From Candidatus Woesearchaeota archaeon (GTDB lineage Archaea; Nanobdellota; Nanobdellia; Pacearchaeales; GW2011-AR1): a stretch of DNA of 24,944 nucleotides. The notes below the pieces were generated by a model that was not told the DNA's origin, did not search any database, and worked only from the letters and a program-made list of their open reading frames with translations. Both the position numbers and the translations under genes were made by a program. Shown in pieces: positions 7,757-15,733 of this stretch; the first letter of the stretch is position 1; the number at the start of each line of letters is the position of its first letter. The stretch is taken from assembly GCA_964593995.1 (NCBI GenBank), contig CAZQKV010000001.1, positions 1 through 24,944 on the forward strand, in the 5' to 3' direction.

Positions 7757-8422
7757 TTATTCATCAACTTCTTCTGTTTCTTCTATTTCTTCATCATCTA
7801 TTTCTTCTTGAGAACTAGAATGAATTAATTGCACAATAGAATATATTACTCTTAAAAGAAATTCAATCCCAAATATAAATATGATAAACATTACAACATT
7901 ATTAAATAATGAAGGAACCTCTTTAAATTTAAGAATTAGATTAGCAATATCAAAAAAGTCAGGATTTAATAAATATGTAGCAAGAACAGTAAAAGGAAGT
8001 ATTTTTGCTAAGTCTTTTGATAAGTCTTCACTAATATAAGCAGTAATTCTTGTTGAAGCAATAATAGCAGCAGAAGCTAAAAGAGTCAGAGCAGCACCGG
8101 CTTCAGATAATAATAATAAAAACAAAGATAAAATTCCGAACCAAAATAATACTAAAAAAGGCAGGATAATTAGATATTCAACAGTATATAAAATAACAGC
8201 AAAGAATTTTTCTAATCCTGGATATTGGGAATGATTATACTTGCTTAAATTTAATTTAATAATTTCTCTTCTTGCTAAAAATTTATAGAACTTCCATATA
8301 AAAACAGCATAAAGCGCTATAAATAATGTATATAATGTAAGGTCAACTAAGATTCTATACCCTTCAGGAACAGAGTTTCTGATACTAGTATAAAATCCTG
8401 CAATCCAGTCAATAAACCCCAT
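7757..8422 (-). CDS. Multi-pass membrane protein with acidic C-terminus
   Basis: ORF track; about 4-5 hydrophobic helices; GAGGT SD-like sequence upstream. Confidence 0.85.
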   Translation of the reverse strand: MGFIDWIAGFYTSIRNSVPEGYRILVDLTLYTLFIALYAVFIWKFYKFLARREIIKLNLSKYNHSQYPGLEKFFAVILYTVEYLIILPFLVLFWFGILSLFLLLLSEAGAALTLLASAAIIASTRITAYISEDLSKDLAKILPFTVLATYLLNPDFFDIANLILKFKEVPSLFNNVVMFIIFIFGIEFLLRVIYSIVQLIHSSSQEEIDDEEIEETEEVDE

Positions 8423-8506
8423 TTTAATACCTCTTTTTACTGTTTTAGGAATTAAAATGTGTTAATAAACTTTTTTATTAAGTTTTAATTAAGAATTTTT
8501 ATTAAA

Positions 8507-8520
8507 AACATTTAAATAAA
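8507..8520 (+). promoter_or_regulatory. BRE-TATA promoter, duplicated at 9385-9398
   Basis: AACATTTAAATAAA ends exactly 20 nt before the ATG of both 8540 and 9418. Confidence 0.65.
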
Positions 8521-8539
8521 TGATTTTATTAGTTACATT

Positions 8540-9364
8540 ATGAAAAGGGGTAAATTAAATAAAAATATTTCTTTAATAATTGTAATTAGTGTGGTATTAT
8601 TAACTGCTGTTGCAATGTATGCTCTTTTCAAGCCTTCTAAAGAGCTTACTAAACAAGAACTTCTAGATATGATTGAACAAGGAGAATTAGCAACAACTAC
8701 TTATTCTACTGGGGGGTCTGGAGATATTCTTTCTTGTAGTGCTAATCACATAACCTGGACTACCTCCCCTTTTTTGTATCATATTATAACTGGAATGCAA
8801 AAAATCAAAAATGTCTGCCCTCCTTGTTTTGGAGAAGAAGTAGAAGTTTATGAAGTTACTTTTCCAAATCCGCTTATGGGGGATAATTTTTATATAACAG
8901 CTTGTGATGAACCTGAAAATGGTTCTGATGATTATGGTTCTGATGCATATGCCTGTTATGAAGCAGATTTCGCGGATTTGCGTCCTGAAGCAACTGTATG
9001 TCATCAGTGTGATGATATTGGAATTACTATTGCTAATGGGAGTGATACTGTAACAGAAGTTGTTTTTGCTGTAGATATTAAGCAAAGAACTAATCCTACA
9101 GATTCTGATTTTTGGGCACTTGATTTTCAATCTGCTTGTAATGATAATCCTCATTGTCCAATAAATGAAGATTGTCCTGGAGACACAGATGGAAATGGAA
9201 TTGTAAATATAGATGATCAAACAAATGTAATAGATCACTGGTTAGAACAACCTTGTCCTGCTAAAGAAGGATGTTGTGGTGGTGCAGATCTAAATGGCGA
9301 CGGAATTGTTAATATGGCTGATTTTGCACTTGTTACCGGAAACCCAGGATTTTGTACAAGCTGA
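8540..9364 (+). CDS. Cys-rich surface protein with N-terminal anchor and C-terminal dockerin-like (double EF-hand) domain
   Basis: N-terminal TM helix; duplicated Ca-binding loops GDTDGNGIVNIDD and ADLNGDGIVNMADF. Confidence 0.85.
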   Translation: MKRGKLNKNISLIIVISVVLLTAVAMYALFKPSKELTKQELLDMIEQGELATTTYSTGGSGDILSCSANHITWTTSPFLYHIITGMQKIKNVCPPCFGEEVEVYEVTFPNPLMGDNFYITACDEPENGSDDYGSDAYACYEADFADLRPEATVCHQCDDIGITIANGSDTVTEVVFAVDIKQRTNPTDSDFWALDFQSACNDNPHCPINEDCPGDTDGNGIVNIDDQTNVIDHWLEQPCPAKEGCCGGADLNGDGIVNMADFALVTGNPGFCTS

Positions 9365-9384
9365 GATTGCTAATTATTCATCAG

Positions 9385-9398
9385 AACATTTAAATAAA
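9385..9398 (+). promoter_or_regulatory. BRE-TATA promoter (copy 2)
   Basis: Identical 14-mer AACATTTAAATAAA with identical spacing to the ATG. Confidence 0.65.
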
Positions 9399-9417
9399 CT
9401 TTCCTATTCTTTTTATT

Positions 9418-10353
9418 ATGAAAAATGAGGGGTTAAAAAAGAATATTTCTTTAGTAATTGTAATTAGTGTGATATTATTAAGTTCTATTGCAATGTATTC
9501 TCTTTTTAGGTCTCCTAAGGAACCTACTAAACAAGACCTTTTAAACATACTTAAGGAAAAAGGAGAATTAGGAACTTCAACTGGCTACGCAAGTTCTAGC
9601 GGGGCCTGGTGTGGTGGAGCAGATATTAATAAAGATGGAAAAGTTGATATGAGTGATTTTGATATTCTTGCAGATAATTGGTTAAAAGATGATTGTGCAG
9701 AAGAAAATAATTGGTGTGATGGGGCAGATATTGATAAAGATGGTATTGTTAATATGGTTGATTATTCAATTTTTGCAGACAATTGGTTAAGACAAGATTG
9801 TGCTGATGGCTATTGTGAAGATGGGACTTTAATTGGGGAGTGTTCAAGTCTTAATCCTCCATTATATTGTGAAGGTGAAGGAAGTGGGGATTATGGAAGT
9901 GGTGATAGTGGCGGAGGCTCAGGAGACTTAATATTTGATTTATCTAAATGTGGAGCAGATGCAGGAAAATGCTGTGAGTCTAATAAAAATCCTGCACAAT
10001 TTGCAACATATCTTGCATTAAATCTCCCGCCTTCAGAAAGTTGTAGCAATGCACATACCTATTTTGATGAAGCAACTATCGGTGGCTGGCTTGATACTTC
10101 TTTTTTTGAAACTCAGGGAATGGCGCAAGTTTCAGGAGGTTATCCAACAAGAGTTAAATGTTCAAGTAACTCTTTTGTTGTAAAGTCAGGTAGTGGGGTC
10201 AGATATAAACCAACCCCTTGTATTTTTGTTCCTGCTTCCCTTTCTAACCCACAACAACAAGTAGCGATTTTAGATTGGAGTCACAAGTCATATGCTTATT
10301 GTAGTTATACTAATGGAAACAGTGTTGAAGCAGTAGAAGTTGAATTACCATAA
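9418..10353 (+). CDS. Cys-rich surface protein with paralogous anchor, dockerin-like domain near the N-terminus and a Gly/Ser linker
   Basis: Leader homologous to the 8540 protein. Ca loops ADINKDGKVDMSDF and ADIDKDGIVNMVDY; linker GEGSGDYGSGDSGGGSGD. Confidence 0.85.
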   Translation: MKNEGLKKNISLVIVISVILLSSIAMYSLFRSPKEPTKQDLLNILKEKGELGTSTGYASSSGAWCGGADINKDGKVDMSDFDILADNWLKDDCAEENNWCDGADIDKDGIVNMVDYSIFADNWLRQDCADGYCEDGTLIGECSSLNPPLYCEGEGSGDYGSGDSGGGSGDLIFDLSKCGADAGKCCESNKNPAQFATYLALNLPPSESCSNAHTYFDEATIGGWLDTSFFETQGMAQVSGGYPTRVKCSSNSFVVKSGSGVRYKPTPCIFVPASLSNPQQQVAILDWSHKSYAYCSYTNGNSVEAVEVELP

Positions 10354-10388
10354 ATATAAATTTATTAAGAATTCTCAGCTTCTTAGAA

Positions 10389-10802
10389 TTACCTAAAACT
10401 TTTTTGTCTTTTTCTTCTTGCCTTGCTATCTCCAGGCTTATAAGCTTCTTTTCTTCTAGTATCAGCAATTAAAAGATTTTTATCGTATTTTAAAAACCTC
10501 TTTTTTAATTCATTTGATTTAGTAAACTCGACTAATGCCCTTGCAATTGCAAGTCTTGCTGCTTGAATCTGGCTTTCAGTTCCCCCGCCTTTTACATTAA
10601 CTTTTATTTCAAAATTAAAATTACCTAATATTTTTTTTGTTAACTCAATTGGTTCCCTTATTGAAAGTTTTTTAAAAACATCAAGATTTTCATAAGGCTT
10701 TTTGTTTATTAAGATTACACCATCCCCTTGCTTGATTGAAGCTTTTGCTATTGCTGTTTTTCTTTTTCCAGAAACTGTTAGTTTTTTTTCTATTTTTGTC
10801 AT
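10389..10802 (-). CDS. rps9: 30S ribosomal protein uS9
   Basis: Motifs GKRKTAIA, VNVKGGG, QAARLAIARAL, ARRKRQKSFR. Confidence 0.97.
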   Translation of the reverse strand: MTKIEKKLTVSGKRKTAIAKASIKQGDGVILINKKPYENLDVFKKLSIREPIELTKKILGNFNFEIKVNVKGGGTESQIQAARLAIARALVEFTKSNELKKRFLKYDKNLLIADTRRKEAYKPGDSKARRKRQKSFR

Positions 10803-10813
10803 CTTTTTAGTTA

Positions 10814-11218
10814 TTATAATTTATTTGATAATTCTTTTAAATCAATATATTTATTATGTCTTGGTCCCTGAATTCTAATCATCTTCTGTTCTGCAAATTC
10901 TTTAGGAATATCTTCATAACACTTAATTTTTTCAATTGCTTGTTTTCCAATTCCTTTTCTATAATCTGGAAGCATAGATCTTATTCCTTTTTTTAATATT
11001 TTATAAGGGAGTTTAGATAGTTTAGGGCCCTTTCCAGAGTGCCCTCCTTTTGATCTTAATTCCTTAAATCTGCTAATAATATCTTTTTTATTTCCAGTTA
11101 TTACTGCTTTTTTAGAATTTACTATTATAATTTTATTACCTTCTAAAGCCTGTTTTGCAGCATAACTGCATAATCTCCCATAACTTGCTCCTTCTGCATT
11201 TATTATTTTTGTCTCCAT
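10814..11218 (-). CDS. rpl13: 50S ribosomal protein uL13
   Basis: Motifs IINAEG..YGRL.SYAAK, AVITG, IRSMLP; canonical operon position. Confidence 0.95.
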   Translation of the reverse strand: METKIINAEGASYGRLCSYAAKQALEGNKIIIVNSKKAVITGNKKDIISRFKELRSKGGHSGKGPKLSKLPYKILKKGIRSMLPDYRKGIGKQAIEKIKCYEDIPKEFAEQKMIRIQGPRHNKYIDLKELSNKL

Positions 11219-11225
11219 TTTTAAC

Positions 11226-11582
11226 TTAGATTATTTTAACGCCTTTTAATTTTACATTATCTTTGATTTCTTTTTGTATTGTTTTTATTTCACAACTTGC
11301 TTTTTTTAATTTCTCTTTTGCAGATTCTGAAAAACTTAAAGCAGAAATCTTTATTTTCTTTTCAATATTACCTTCTCCTAAAACTTTCCCAACAACCATA
11401 ATATTATTTTCTTTTAACTCATTTAGTTTGTTTAGGTTAATTTTTATCTGTTGTTTTGTAGGTTTTGCTAATTCTTTTGCTAAGTCTAATAAGTTATTTT
11501 TTTTAGCAATAAAGATAGTTTCAACTAAATTGGGATTTGTTTTTCTTTTCATTTTTTTATCAATTTGTGTTTTGCTTATCAT
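11226..11582 (-). CDS. rpl18e: 50S ribosomal protein eL18
   Basis: Motifs KTNPNL, INLNKL, VVGKVLGEG, ALSFSESAKEKL; canonical operon position. Confidence 0.93.
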   Translation of the reverse strand: MISKTQIDKKMKRKTNPNLVETIFIAKKNNLLDLAKELAKPTKQQIKINLNKLNELKENNIMVVGKVLGEGNIEKKIKISALSFSESAKEKLKKASCEIKTIQKEIKDNVKLKGVKII

Positions 11583-11611
11583 TTTAACTCTTATAGTTTG
11601 GTAAATATCAA

Positions 11612-11695
11612 TGCGGAGAAGAGGATTTGAACCCCTGTAGGCACTAAGCCACGTGGACCTTAACCACGCCCGTTTGACCGCTCCGGCATCTCCGC
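11612..11695 (-). tRNA. tRNA-Leu, anticodon AAG (A34); CCA not encoded
   Basis: GCGGAGA/TCTCCGC acceptor stem with discriminator A. Anticodon arm CGTGG-TTAAGGT-CCACG, long variable arm, T arm AGGGG-TTCAAAT-CCTCT. Confidence 0.95.
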
Positions 11696-11733
11696 TTTAT
11701 ATTATGCAAGAGAGCACGTATTGAATATTTTTA

Positions 11734-12399
11734 TTATTTAATAGCTTTGTCAAGTTTTTCTAGGTTTTTATCTAAAACTTCAGTACTCTTTTGAAATATC
11801 TCTTTGACTTCTATTTGCCCCCAAGATTCTATATTAAATTTTAACTGGTTTATTTTACTTAGCTTTTTAATCTTATCCATATCTTCTTGAGAAATCCCCT
11901 TTTGTTCTAATTCTTTTTCATCATAACTAATTTCTCCAGAATCATTAATATTCACAAAATCTATTGTTTCTGGATCTAGATTGTGTTTATAATAAATTAA
12001 TCCAGGAGAATACTTAACATGATCAATTCCCAAACCTAATTTTGCATTCGCAAGAATTTCAATTTCCTGGTCTTCGTCTAAAATAGTTATGGGAAGTTTA
12101 TATTGTGTGCCAACACTTGGAGAAATGTCACTTGAATAAACTGTGCACGGGCCTTTTGCTTTTATTTTAAATTTAGTTTCTTTACCTGTTTTAGTAGTCT
12201 TTATTGGTATTAATCCAAGACGATGTGCAATTATTTCATCATATAATGCAGAATCATTTTTAAAAATTTCAACTTCATCAATGGCCATTATTGGAATCTC
12301 AAGTACAGATCTTCGTATGGCATTAGCTAAACTAATTTGCATGTCTGTTGTAAAACTTAATTTTTGTTTTTCTTTATTATAATCTTGTATTTGTATCAT
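11734..12399 (-). CDS. rpoD: DNA-directed RNA polymerase subunit D (Rpo3)
   Basis: Motifs LANAIRRSVLEIPIMAIDEVEI, NDSALYDEIIAHRLGLIP. Confidence 0.96.
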   Translation of the reverse strand: MIQIQDYNKEKQKLSFTTDMQISLANAIRRSVLEIPIMAIDEVEIFKNDSALYDEIIAHRLGLIPIKTTKTGKETKFKIKAKGPCTVYSSDISPSVGTQYKLPITILDEDQEIEILANAKLGLGIDHVKYSPGLIYYKHNLDPETIDFVNINDSGEISYDEKELEQKGISQEDMDKIKKLSKINQLKFNIESWGQIEVKEIFQKSTEVLDKNLEKLDKAIK

Positions 12400-12437
12400 C
12401 TTAACGCTAATAAATATTGCTTTTTAAATTTTATTGA

Positions 12438-12890
12438 TTATACTCTCCTCCCTCTTCTACCTCCTTTCTTTTTAGGGCCCCCTCTTGGCATTCTTGTAGT
12501 ATCCATAATACTTAAAATTCTAAATCCCGCTCTTGTTAATGATTTTATTGCAGCATGTGCCCCAGGCCCGGGATTATTTTGTCCGGTTTTAGCTCTTATT
12601 CTAACATAGAATCCAGTTAAACCATTGTCTTTTGCTTCTTCAGCTATTTTTTGTGCAATAAACATAGCGATAGTTGGATTTGCTTTCAGCCTATTCTGTT
12701 TTGTTGATTGTCCCCCTCCAAATTTAGCAAGAGTTTTTCCAGATAAATCAGTTAGGGACATTATAGTATTATTAAAACTAGTATAAATATTAAGTACAGC
12801 AATTTTTTCTTTCTTTTCTTTCTTCTTTGAAACTTCTTTCCTTTCCTTATCTTCTTCCTTAACTTGTTTTGTTTCTTTTTCTTCATTCAT
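12438..12890 (-). CDS. rps11: 30S ribosomal protein uS11 with Lys/Glu-rich N-terminal extension
   Basis: Motifs SFNNTI, PGPGAHAAIKSL, GGPKKKGGRRGRRV. Confidence 0.96.
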   Translation of the reverse strand: MNEEKETKQVKEEDKERKEVSKKKEKKEKIAVLNIYTSFNNTIMSLTDLSGKTLAKFGGGQSTKQNRLKANPTIAMFIAQKIAEEAKDNGLTGFYVRIRAKTGQNNPGPGAHAAIKSLTRAGFRILSIMDTTRMPRGGPKKKGGRRGRRV

Positions 12891-12891
12891 C

Positions 12892-13659
12892 TTATTGTTT
12901 TTCCTCCTTGGTTTTTTCTTTTATTTCTTGAATCTCTTCAGAAGTTTCTTCTGCTATCTCTTTAATTTCCTCATTAATTTCTTTGTCAGCTTTTTTTTGA
13001 CTTATCTTTCCTTTATCTACTTTTTCTTCAATTTCTGCAACCTCTTCTGCTATTTCTTTTTCAGCTTCAGCTATCTCTTCTGCAATCTCCTCTGCAGAAC
13101 CTGCTGTTTCTTCTGCAATCTCCTCTGCAGAACCTGCTGTTTCTTCCTGGATTTCTTCTCCAATTTCCTTTTTAATCTCTTCAACCTTATCTTTTTTCTT
13201 TTTAATTTTTAAAACAATATTTAGTTCCATATCTGGTTCTTCCTCAAGGGTGACTTGGTAAGAAGGGATATTAATAATTCTCTTACCAACAGAAACATGT
13301 TTATGAACCACTAATTGCCTTGCTTGTTTGGCAGTATTTGCAAGTTTTTTCATATAAACAATTGTTTGTAATCTTCTTTTTAACCAATCTTCTTTATCTA
13401 AAGCAAGCGCATCTGCTATGCTGTTGACCTCAAAACCTTTTTTCTGTAATCTTGAAACAAAAGCTTTTTTTTCTTCATCAGATTTTGTAATTAATTGTTT
13501 TGCAAGATTTCTTATCCTCCTAACTGCAGCATCAGCTTTCCAAATCTCTCTTTTATTTTTTAATCCATATCTCTCTTTTAATTCATTTTCTTCACTTATT
13601 CTTATTTTATCAAAAGGTTTTTGCGGTTTTGAATATTTTTTTATTTTTCTTTTTGGCAT
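12892..13659 (-). CDS. rps4: 30S ribosomal protein uS4 with long acidic C-terminal extension
   Basis: Motifs YGLKNKREIWKA, RRLQTIV, ARQLVVHKHV. Start moved to MPKRK (13659), just after the rps13 stop; the ORF-track start at 13764 overlaps rps13. Confidence 0.95.
   Translation of the reverse strand: MPKRKIKKYSKPQKPFDKIRISEENELKERYGLKNKREIWKADAAVRRIRNLAKQLITKSDEEKKAFVSRLQKKGFEVNSIADALALDKEDWLKRRLQTIVYMKKLANTAKQARQLVVHKHVSVGKRIINIPSYQVTLEEEPDMELNIVLKIKKKKDKVEEIKKEIGEEIQEETAGSAEEIAEETAGSAEEIAEEIAEAEKEIAEEVAEIEEKVDKGKISQKKADKEINEEIKEIAEETSEEIQEIKEKTKEEKQ
13076..13146. repeat. Perfect 33-bp tandem repeat (about 2 copies) in the rps4 tail
   Basis: TTCTGCAATCTCCTCTGCAGAACCTGCTGTTTC at 13078-13110 and 13111-13143, encoding ETAGSAEEIAE twice. 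Confidence 0.95.
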
Positions 13660-13669
13660 TTTTAATTCC

Positions 13670-14155
13670 TTATTTCTTCCTTTTAACTCCCACTGTTTTT
13701 TTCTTACCCTTTGCTCTGAAATTGCTTCTTGTTCTTTGTCCTCTTGTAGGGTGTCCAAAAGCATGTCTTAATCCCCTATAAGACCTTATTTTTTTCAATC
13801 TTCTAATATCAAATTCTTTTTTCATATCAAGCTCCCCGCCGATTAAATGTGTATCTTCTCCAGTATCAAAATCTTTTTTTCTATTTAATAAGAACTTAGG
13901 AAGATCTGCTTTATTTTTGCCTAAAAATGCAATTATTTTTTTTATCTCTTGCTCGCTTAGCTCAGCAATTTTTTTATTTATGTCAATTTTTAAAATTTTA
14001 CAAACAGCATTTGAAATGCTCCACGAAACCCCTTTTATATAAGTGAGCCCAACCAAAACTTTTTTATTTCCAGGAATATCAGTTTGCAGAATTCTAATTA
14101 TAGAAAAATAATCTTTCTTTTCTTTTTGTTTTTTTTGTTCTGATACTTGTTCCAT
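13670..14155 (-). CDS. rps13: 30S ribosomal protein uS13
   Basis: Motifs GLTYIKGV, DIRRLKKIRSYRGLRH, RGQRTRSNFR. Confidence 0.96.
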   Translation of the reverse strand: MEQVSEQKKQKEKKDYFSIIRILQTDIPGNKKVLVGLTYIKGVSWSISNAVCKILKIDINKKIAELSEQEIKKIIAFLGKNKADLPKFLLNRKKDFDTGEDTHLIGGELDMKKEFDIRRLKKIRSYRGLRHAFGHPTRGQRTRSNFRAKGKKKTVGVKRKK

Positions 14156-14194
14156 CTTAATAAACCTCTTAAATTTTCAAAATAAAAAACTTAT

Positions 14195-14737
14195 TTAATG
14201 TTTTATAAAAAGGGCGTATTTTTCTTTTCCAGCCATCTCTTCAAATAGTTTTTTCTCAATAGCTTTTGTAGGGTCTGGTAAATTTGAAACCCTTTTTTTC
14301 AAATCTCCTAGTGTTTCAAAAAATTTTTTATTTCTTTCTGCCAAAATTGCTTCAGTATGTTTTTTCCCAAATCCTGGGAGTAGTTCAAATTGATGCAATC
14401 TCGTGTTTATTGCTTCTGCTGTATTAAAAAAATCAACAAACTTTTTTTCATTGTTTATTATTTCTTTTTTAATAACTTCTCGCAACTGTTCTCTTGCAGT
14501 TTCAGTAAGCTTGTTTTCTGGAAGTCTTCCAAGAATATAATATATTTTTTCTCTCTTGCCTTCTCCAATATATACTTTCTCTGCAATCTCCAATTTAATT
14601 CCCCTTCTTGGAACTAATTGCAATAATGTGAATCTTTTGGTTCCTATAGCCTGCGCTATAGGCATCATTTTCTTTTCTAAAGGATAACCATAAGGAAGGA
14701 AATCTAAGATAATTGCGTATTCTTCTTTTTCTATCAT
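14195..14737 (-). CDS. DUF655 family protein (predicted RNA-binding)
   Basis: Motifs EEYAIILDFLPYG, RLHQFELLPGFGKK; canonical position downstream of rpoF. Confidence 0.92.
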   Translation of the reverse strand: MIEKEEYAIILDFLPYGYPLEKKMMPIAQAIGTKRFTLLQLVPRRGIKLEIAEKVYIGEGKREKIYYILGRLPENKLTETAREQLREVIKKEIINNEKKFVDFFNTAEAINTRLHQFELLPGFGKKHTEAILAERNKKFFETLGDLKKRVSNLPDPTKAIEKKLFEEMAGKEKYALFIKH

Positions 14738-14739
14738 TT

Positions 14740-15054
14740 TTATTGTTTTGTTTTTTTAACAATCTCAAGTATTTTATTTGTTTCATCCTCGTTCAAACTG
14801 ACATCTGTAAAGATCTTATTAAGATCTGACGAATCCTGTGGTAAAAGGTCTACAATTTTCACTACATGTTCTCTTTTGAGCTTTAATAAGTCTAATTTTT
14901 CTAATTCTTCTTTTATTTTTTCTGCTTGTTTAGGTTTAGTTTTTAAAAATTTCTTCAAATAAATTTTCATTTCTTCTTTTCTATCATTATCAGAGATATT
15001 CTCAAGTATTACTTGTACTTCATTTAAATTAAGGGGTGCTCTATCATATATCAT
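14740..15054 (-). CDS. rpoF: DNA-directed RNA polymerase subunit F (Rpo4)
   Basis: HRDC-like VKIVDLLPQDSSDL...ILEIV; lies between rpl21e and DUF655. Confidence 0.88.
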   Translation of the reverse strand: MIYDRAPLNLNEVQVILENISDNDRKEEMKIYLKKFLKTKPKQAEKIKEELEKLDLLKLKREHVVKIVDLLPQDSSDLNKIFTDVSLNEDETNKILEIVKKTKQ

Positions 15055-15055
15055 T

Positions 15056-15307
15056 TTATTTAAGTTTTTTTAAGTGAACAGGATGGATTATATATGTTTT
15101 TTGCTTATTTAAATCCTTTATTTCAACAATATAAGACTTCCCCCGTTTATTTTTAATAATTCCAGATCTCCCTTGTAATTGTTTTGGAAACTTTGGATTT
15201 AAAGATAATTCCCTTCCTACTGAAACCCTATCCCCTTCTTTGAATTCCTGAAAGTATCTACTAAGTTTGATTTTTCCTTTTTCTCTTATGGATTTTCTTT
15301 TGTTCAT
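15056..15307 (-). CDS. rpl21e: 50S ribosomal protein eL21 (short N-terminus)
   Basis: Motifs FKEGDRV, QGRSGII, GKSYIV, IHPVHLK. Confidence 0.93.
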   Translation of the reverse strand: MNKRKSIREKGKIKLSRYFQEFKEGDRVSVGRELSLNPKFPKQLQGRSGIIKNKRGKSYIVEIKDLNKQKTYIIHPVHLKKLK

Positions 15308-15477
15308 TTTTTAATTTAAATCAAATCTTTTTTTTGGGTTGTTTAGACAAACAACTAAGAATTATTTATTCTTAGTGTTCGTCGGTCATTTAAGATATAA
15401 TAAATATCCACTAAGTTTACTCTAAGTACTATGCAAATCCTAGAAATACAACCTTTAAAAAACTTTCTTCTAATAGA

Positions 15478-15654
15478 TTATTCTGGTTTTCCTGATGCTC
15501 CCTGATCTAAGTCTCCTCTTTCTTCAGCTTCCTGCATGTTTTCAACAATAGCATTAAACATTCTTTCACCAAATACTCCTTTTCCACATCTCTCGCAGAA
15601 ATCTATAACACTATCATTTGAAACATTGCATTTGCAATAGATACACTTCCTCAT
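15478..15654 (-). CDS. Small zinc-finger protein (58 aa)
   Basis: Not in the ORF track. MRKCIYCKCNVSNDSVIDFCERCGKGVFGERMFNAIVENMQEAEERGDLDQGASGKPE*, with two CxxC motifs and a GAGGGA SD-like sequence upstream. Confidence 0.8.
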   Translation of the reverse strand: MRKCIYCKCNVSNDSVIDFCERCGKGVFGERMFNAIVENMQEAEERGDLDQGASGKPE

Positions 15655-15733
15655 TTTTATTAATCCCTCTTTTTAAAACTAATTAATCTAATTTAATTAG
15701 TTTATAAATTTTTATATAAAAAACTATCTATTC

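Noticed and set aside
8800-9020. CPPC and CHQC motifs as heme c sites
   Set aside because: Neither is followed by His (no CxxCH); more likely disulfides.
2799-10353. XerA as the integrase of a discrete mobile element
   Set aside because: No attL/attR direct repeats, tRNA fragment duplication, or replication, transfer or capsid genes were seen; the protein resembles chromosomal XerA.
11657-11663. Alternative reading of the tRNA as Leu-TAA
   Set aside because: Shifting the loop by one base breaks the 5-bp CGTGG/CCACG stem and removes U33 and purine 37; only AAG fits the canonical geometry.
13660-13764. N-terminal 35 aa of the 290-aa track ORF for rps4
   Set aside because: It overlaps the rps13 3' end in another frame; MPKRK at 13659 is the typical uS4 start.
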